Below, one piece after another: positions 58,895 through 64,000 of a stretch of DNA of 64,000 nt. The stretch is from Alkalispirochaeta sp. (GTDB lineage Bacteria; Spirochaetota; Spirochaetia; DSM-27196; Alkalispirochaetaceae), in the NCBI GenBank assembly GCA_965601925.1, contig OZ271854.1, positions 4,800,001 through 4,864,000 of the forward strand, given 5' to 3'. A program made the position numbers and the translations under genes. Numbering within the stretch: position 1 is the stretch's first letter; every line of letters starts with the position of its first letter. Below the pieces are notes generated by a model. That model saw only the letters and a list, made by a program, of their open reading frames with translations, searched no databases and was not told where the DNA came from.

Positions 58895-61453
58895 ATGGCG
58901 GAATCCGCGTTGGTAATCGTAGAGTCTCCTACTAAAGCACGCACGATAAAACGATTTCTCCCGAAACACTTCGTGGTCGAGGCGAGTATCGGTCACGTAC
59001 GAGATCTCCCGCAGTCCGCATCGGAAATCCCCGCGAAGTACAAGGGGGAGGAGTGGGCGCGACTGGGTATCAACATCGACGACGATTTTGCTCCGTTGTA
59101 TGTAACGCCACGGGGCAAGAGCAAGATCATCCGGCACCTCAAGGATCAACTCAAAAAGGCGGACGTCCTGTATCTTGCGACGGACGAAGACCGCGAGGGG
59201 GAGAGCATCTCGTGGCATCTCTTGGAGCTCCTTAAGCCGAAAGTTCCGGTCCGGCGCATGGTATTTCACGAGATCACCCGCCGGGCGATTCAACATTCTC
59301 TGGAAAACTATCGTACCGTCGACCTTCAACTGGTGCGCGCCCAGGAGACGCGACGCATATTGGATCGTCTCTACGGGTATACGCTCTCTCCGTTGGTGTG
59401 GAAGAAAATCGCCTACGGACTGTCCGCCGGCCGCGTCCAGTCGCCGGGCTTGCGCATGATCGTGGAACGCGAACGCGAGCGAATCAGGTTTAAGCCCGCC
59501 GAGTACTGGGACCTCCTCGCGCGCCTCGAAAAGCCCGGCGAGGCTCCCGCCTTTGAGGCGCGCCTCGTCGAGTATCGCGGCACGCGCTTGGCGATCGGAA
59601 AGGACTTCGACCCCAATACGGGGCAGCTGAAGAGCTCGGCGGCGCTCCATCTGACGGAGGCGGAGGCGCACTCTCTAACCACGGACCTTGCGGCCGGGGC
59701 GTGGACGGTTGCGGAGATCACATCGAAAGACACCAAGACGAGACCGGCCCCGCCCTTCATCACCTCCACCCTCCAACAAGAGGGAAATCGTAAGTTGGGC
59801 CTGAGCGCGCGAGAGACGATGCGGACCGCACAGCGGCTGTACGAAGAGGGCTTCATTACCTACATGCGAACCGATAGCCCGGTCCTCTCGTCGGAGGCGA
59901 TTCAGGCGGCGCGCTCCCAGATCGAGTCGCTGTACGGTGCGGAGTACCTCTCGGCACAACCTCGCCAATACTCGTCGTCGAGCCGCGACGCTCAAGAGGC
60001 GCATGAGGCGATTCGGCCGGCCGGTACGACCTTTAGCCACCCGTCGGAGACGGGACTCTCGGGCCGCGAACGGTCGTTGTATGAGTTAATCTGGAAGCGT
60101 ACCGTGGCAAGTCAAATGGCGGAGGCGCAAAAGCGTTCCATCGGCGTGAAGATCCGCGTCGGCGAGGCGGCGTTCGGAGCCAACGGCAACCGCATCGTCT
60201 TTCCCGGTTTCCTGCGCGTCTACGTCGAAGGCAAGGACAATCCCGAAGCGGCCCTCGAGGATAAAGAGGTCATCTTGCCCGACCTGGTGGAAGGCGACGC
60301 GCTGTCGATGGTGGAACTCACGGCGGATCAACACCGAACCAAGCCGCCGGCGCGCTATACCGAGGCGTCGCTGGTGCAGCGGCTGGAAAAAGAGGGTATC
60401 GGTCGCCCGTCGACGTACGCCTCGATCATCGCCACGCTGTACGAACGAAATTACGTCAGACGCCAAGACAGGACACTTGCCCCGACCTTTACCGGCATGG
60501 CGGTCGTGCAACTGTTGGAGCACCATTTCTCCGAGCTTGTGGAGTACAGCTTTACGAGCAACATGGAGACCGCCCTCGACGAGATCGCTTACGGTCGGAG
60601 AGAACATCTCATCTACCTCAACGACTTCTATCTCGGCGAGACGGGGCTTCGCAGCCGCGTCGAGCAGCGGGAGAGCGAGATCAAGCCGGAGCAGTCGCGC
60701 AGTATCGCCCTGCCCCAACTGTCGGAACATCAGACGGTCAAAGTAGGTCGATACGGGCCGTACATCATTCACCACGAGAACGGAGAGGAGATCCACGCCT
60801 CGATACCGGAGGAGTTCACTCCGGCCGATCTCAACGAACGAGATATCCACGAGCTCATAGAGATTCAGAAAAACGGACCGGCGCCCATCGGAACCCATCC
60901 GGACACGGGAGAGAGTATCTACTGCCTCACGGGGCGATTCGGGCCCTATTTACAGTTGGGAGAGGCGCCGGAGGACGGCGAGACCAAGCCCAAGCGCGCA
61001 AGTCTGCCAAAAGGGGTACGTCCAAGCGAGATGACCGTCGAGCTCGCCGTGCGCCTCCTGAGCCTTCCCCGGACGCTCGGGATTCACCCGGAGAAGGGTT
61101 TGGAGGTCGTGGCCAACATCGGCCGTTTCGGACCGTTCGTGGTATGCGACGGAGAGTACCGCTCTCTGAAGAAGGGCGACGACGTGTACACGATTCAACT
61201 CGACCGGGCGGTCGAGCTACTCGCCGAGGAGAAACAGGGGCGGCGTACTACGGCCAAGACGCTCAAAGATTTCGGCCTCGACTCGACCGGAAAACGCAAG
61301 ATAGCGATTCTCGACGGACGCTACGGGCCGTATATCAAAGCCGGTACCAAAAACGTCTCTTTGCCCGAGGAAAAGCGTACCCCCGAGGCGATCGAGCAAC
61401 TTACGTTGGAGGACGTGCAGGCGATCATCGCCGAAAAAAAGAGGAGTAAGTGA
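58895..61453 (+). CDS. topA: DNA topoisomerase I with C-terminal Topo_C repeats (no Zn ribbons)
   Basis: Motifs IVESPTK, ATDEDREGE, SAGRVQS, ITYMRTD, AHEAIRP, GIGRPSTY; four GR[FY]GP[FY] repeats. Confidence 0.97.
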   Translation: MAESALVIVESPTKARTIKRFLPKHFVVEASIGHVRDLPQSASEIPAKYKGEEWARLGINIDDDFAPLYVTPRGKSKIIRHLKDQLKKADVLYLATDEDREGESISWHLLELLKPKVPVRRMVFHEITRRAIQHSLENYRTVDLQLVRAQETRRILDRLYGYTLSPLVWKKIAYGLSAGRVQSPGLRMIVERERERIRFKPAEYWDLLARLEKPGEAPAFEARLVEYRGTRLAIGKDFDPNTGQLKSSAALHLTEAEAHSLTTDLAAGAWTVAEITSKDTKTRPAPPFITSTLQQEGNRKLGLSARETMRTAQRLYEEGFITYMRTDSPVLSSEAIQAARSQIESLYGAEYLSAQPRQYSSSSRDAQEAHEAIRPAGTTFSHPSETGLSGRERSLYELIWKRTVASQMAEAQKRSIGVKIRVGEAAFGANGNRIVFPGFLRVYVEGKDNPEAALEDKEVILPDLVEGDALSMVELTADQHRTKPPARYTEASLVQRLEKEGIGRPSTYASIIATLYERNYVRRQDRTLAPTFTGMAVVQLLEHHFSELVEYSFTSNMETALDEIAYGRREHLIYLNDFYLGETGLRSRVEQRESEIKPEQSRSIALPQLSEHQTVKVGRYGPYIIHHENGEEIHASIPEEFTPADLNERDIHELIEIQKNGPAPIGTHPDTGESIYCLTGRFGPYLQLGEAPEDGETKPKRASLPKGVRPSEMTVELAVRLLSLPRTLGIHPEKGLEVVANIGRFGPFVVCDGEYRSLKKGDDVYTIQLDRAVELLAEEKQGRRTTAKTLKDFGLDSTGKRKIAILDGRYGPYIKAGTKNVSLPEEKRTPEAIEQLTLEDVQAIIAEKKRSK

Positions 61454-61564
61454 TTCCGCGTCGCCGGGCGAATGTCGGCGCGGAGCGCCGCCTCCCGTCT
61501 CCTGCGTTCGCACATCCCTTTCGGACCCGGATCTATGGCCGTCACGGGTTTCTAAGAATTACAC

Positions 61565-62284
61565 TTGCCGATAGTGGACATCGAAGAAGCACTTTTAGAA
61601 GTACGGAATCTCAAAGTCTTTCGTCCCGACGGTTCGCTTCTTCTCGATGTACCGGAGCTGCGCCTCTTCGCCGGGCAGTGGCTCGTCGTCTCGGGAACCA
61701 GCGGATCGGGAAAGTCGACGTTCCTGCGCGTTATCGCAGGACTTCTCGCGCAGCGGAGCGGTCGCCGCGAGGGGGGCGTGCGCCATCTCACCTGGAACGG
61801 TGAGATTCGTCTGGACGGCATTCGACAGCTCTCAGGAACAATCCAGGATTATCGGAGGCGAGTAACGTGGATACCGCAGCGCCCCGTCCTCGAGCCGGGT
61901 CCGGCCTCCGCAAGTATTGAATCTCTCGCCGAGTACCGCTACAGCGGACTTCCGTCTCCCGATGAGGCCAAAACGCGAGCCGGTCCGCTACTTACCGAAC
62001 TCGGATTGGACGAAGATATTCTTTCACGGAACGTCGCCGAGCTTTCAGGGGGCGAAGCGAGTCGCGTGGCACTGGCGCGCTCGCTCCTCCTCGATCGTCG
62101 GCTCATCCTCCTCGACGAGCCGGGCTCGGCGCTCGACGGGGAGACGTCGCGCATCGCGGCGAATATCGTCAGACGATCCACGAACGCGACCGCGGTGGTG
62201 ATCGTGAGTCACGACGAGAACTGGACACTCCCGGGCTCGCGGTGCGCGACGGTGGACGGAGCGACACTCAAGGAGTACGCGTGA
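61565..62284 (+). CDS. ABC transporter ATP-binding protein (FetA-like)
   Basis: Motifs GTSGSGKST, LSGGE, LLDEP, VSHD. Confidence 0.85.
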   Translation: MPIVDIEEALLEVRNLKVFRPDGSLLLDVPELRLFAGQWLVVSGTSGSGKSTFLRVIAGLLAQRSGRREGGVRHLTWNGEIRLDGIRQLSGTIQDYRRRVTWIPQRPVLEPGPASASIESLAEYRYSGLPSPDEAKTRAGPLLTELGLDEDILSRNVAELSGGEASRVALARSLLLDRRLILLDEPGSALDGETSRIAANIVRRSTNATAVVIVSHDENWTLPGSRCATVDGATLKEYA

Positions 62285-63042
62285 GCAACCTCGATCTCGC
62301 CTTCGTGTACGTGCTTCTTCTCATTCCCTTGTGGATATCGGCGACGTTCGCCTTGGGGCGAATACGCGAGACCCTATGGGCCGTTGTGCGGATGACCGTT
62401 CAACTGACGCTGATAGGCCTGTACATCGAGGTGCTGTTTCGCGTCGAGTCGGTGTGGCTAAACCTCTTGTGGGTCGTTGCGATGTTGATAGTCGCCGACC
62501 TCTCCGTCCTGAAAAAAAGCGGTATCCCGGCGCGCCCTTTGCTGGTCACGACGATTTTCGTGACGCTCACTCCCGGGATTCTCGTTCCGGTGGCGGTCCT
62601 CTTGGCGGCGGTACGCCCCGATCCGTGGTACGAGGCGCGTACACTCATACCGCTGGTGGGTATGGTCCTCGGTAACAGCCTGCGGGGCAACATCGTCGCG
62701 CTGAGTCGATTCCGGGAGATTCTCACCACCGAACGCGACCTGTACGCGTCGCGCCTGATGCTGGGAGCCACGCGGCGCGAGGCGTTGCACCCCGTGTATC
62801 GCGCATCCCTCCAGGCGAGCCTCGCACCGCAGCTGGCCTCAATCGCAACGATCGGCCTGGTATCGCTTCCGGGAATGATGACCGGGCAGATACTGGGCGG
62901 TGCTCTCCCGCTGACGGCTATTCGCTATCAAATCGCGATCATGCTGACGATTCTCGCCGCGGTAAGCTTGGCGGCCCTTCTGAACGTAGCGGTCGCATCG
63001 CGTCTCCTCTTGGACGACAGGGACATGCCGTATGAAGCGTAA
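62281..63042 (+). CDS. UPF0014/FetB-like ABC permease
   Basis: Motifs RMTVQL, IPLVGMVLGN, LGAT..EA, GLVSLPGMMTGQILGG, AIRYQI. GTG overlaps the upstream stop. Confidence 0.88.
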   Translation: MSNLDLAFVYVLLLIPLWISATFALGRIRETLWAVVRMTVQLTLIGLYIEVLFRVESVWLNLLWVVAMLIVADLSVLKKSGIPARPLLVTTIFVTLTPGILVPVAVLLAAVRPDPWYEARTLIPLVGMVLGNSLRGNIVALSRFREILTTERDLYASRLMLGATRREALHPVYRASLQASLAPQLASIATIGLVSLPGMMTGQILGGALPLTAIRYQIAIMLTILAAVSLAALLNVAVASRLLLDDRDMPYEA

Positions 63043-63189
63043 TCCGGCACCCCGGAGAATGCGGCGGACGAGCGATTCTCAATCGCGGCGATACGCGTAC
63101 GGAGGACGTAATAGCGGGCACGCGGCCTTCCAACTAGTTTCAGTTCATGAAATAATATGCATACACCTATCCTGGAGGCACATTCAGAG

Positions 63190-64000
63190 ATGATTATTCT
63201 CACACTCAATTGCGGAAGTTCATCTGTTAAATATCAGCTGTACGACTGGGACCAACGCTCGGCGCTCGCCAACGGTGTCGTCGAACGGGTCACGCAAGAG
63301 GGCTCCCGCATCGAGCATAAAGTCCCCGGCCGAGACGAGCACGAGGTCGATCACCACTGCCCGGACCACCGCGAGGCGATTCAGCTCATTATGGATACGT
63401 TGGTCGATCCGAAGGTGGGTGCGCTCTCATCGATGTCCGAGGTCAAAGCGGTGGGTCATCGCGTCGTCCACGGTGGTGAAACGTTCAAAAAATCGGTGGT
63501 CGTAGACGATGACGTGATAGAGACCTTTCGCAGCATTCAGAATCTGGCACCCCTCCACAACCCGGCCAATATACAGGGTATCGAGGCGGCGCGCGCAGTT
63601 CTTCCCGATATTCCGCATTGCGCGATCATGGACACCGCGTGGCACCAGACGATGCCCGCTCACGCCTACACGTACGCTCTCCCCTACGCGTGGTATCGCG
63701 AACACGGCGTTCGTCGCTACGGCTTCCACGGTACCTCGTTTCTCTACACCGCCAAGCGTGCGGCGGTCCTTCTCGGCAAGGATCCGTTCGAGACGAATCT
63801 GATCATCGCCCACATCGGAAACGGCGCGAGCGTGTGCGCGGTCAAAAACGGCGTATCGGTCGACACCAGCATGGGACTCACGCCCCTCGAGGGGCTGGTC
63901 ATGGGGACCCGCAGCGGCGATATCGACCCGGCGATTCCCTTTTACATGATGAATCAAACGGGCCTTGCCGCCGACGAGGTAGAGCGCGCGCTCAACAAGA
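63190..64000 (+). CDS. ackA: Acetate kinase (runs off the window end)
   Basis: Manual translation [17 protein letters not shown]...GHRVVHGG...APLHNP...DTAWHQT...RRYGFHGTS...HIGNGAS...[28 protein letters not shown]. Confidence 0.95.
   Translation, partial: MIILTLNCGSSSVKYQLYDWDQRSALANGVVERVTQEGSRIEHKVPGRDEHEVDHHCPDHREAIQLIMDTLVDPKVGALSSMSEVKAVGHRVVHGGETFKKSVVVDDDVIETFRSIQNLAPLHNPANIQGIEAARAVLPDIPHCAIMDTAWHQTMPAHAYTYALPYAWYREHGVRRYGFHGTSFLYTAKRAAVLLGKDPFETNLIIAHIGNGASVCAVKNGVSVDTSMGLTPLEGLVMGTRSGDIDPAIPFYMMNQTGLAADEVERALNK

Noticed and set aside
63138..63152. TTTCA-N5-TGAAA inverted repeat upstream of ackA as a Rex or other operator
   Set aside because: Only 5-bp arms in AT-rich promoter DNA, and a poor match to the Rex consensus.
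1..64000. tRNA, rRNA, IS elements, prophage or known defence systems
   Set aside because: No such signatures were recognised by eye and intergenic spaces are short; a covariance-model scan would be needed to fully exclude small RNAs.

Overview
GC-rich core-genome window from a spirochaete, probably a free-living Spirochaetaceae member (inferred from protein families and gene order). About 58 CDSs, mostly housekeeping: rpsU, recJ, pdp, recO, lon, rnz, xylA, hisS, a HrpA-like helicase, aroB, hisF/hisH, ileS, fmt/def, priA, truA, acpS, cdaA/cdaR, miaA, rpoZ, topA and a truncated ackA. I saw no rRNA, tRNA, transposase, integrase or CRISPR. The most interesting signals are small-scale or non-coding. 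(1) rpsU appears to start at a non-canonical ATC codon behind a 13-nt near-perfect Shine-Dalgarno. (2) At least nine genes have a -10 box exactly 6 nt before the ATG and no SD, suggesting widespread leaderless mRNAs. (3) A 37-bp tandem array of terminator-like hairpins lies between a 31-aa bS22-like ribosomal protein gene (absent from the ORF track) and the c-di-AMP cyclase operon. (4) A hidden 45-aa mini-hisH ORF is translationally coupled in front of hisH. (5) Two uncharacterised operons are present: TPR-Mrr-like/metallophosphoesterase/ParB-like, and a very acidic 882-aa protein/GAF-like/two Maf-like/degenerate GGDEF. All family assignments come from motif recognition by eye; no database search was run.
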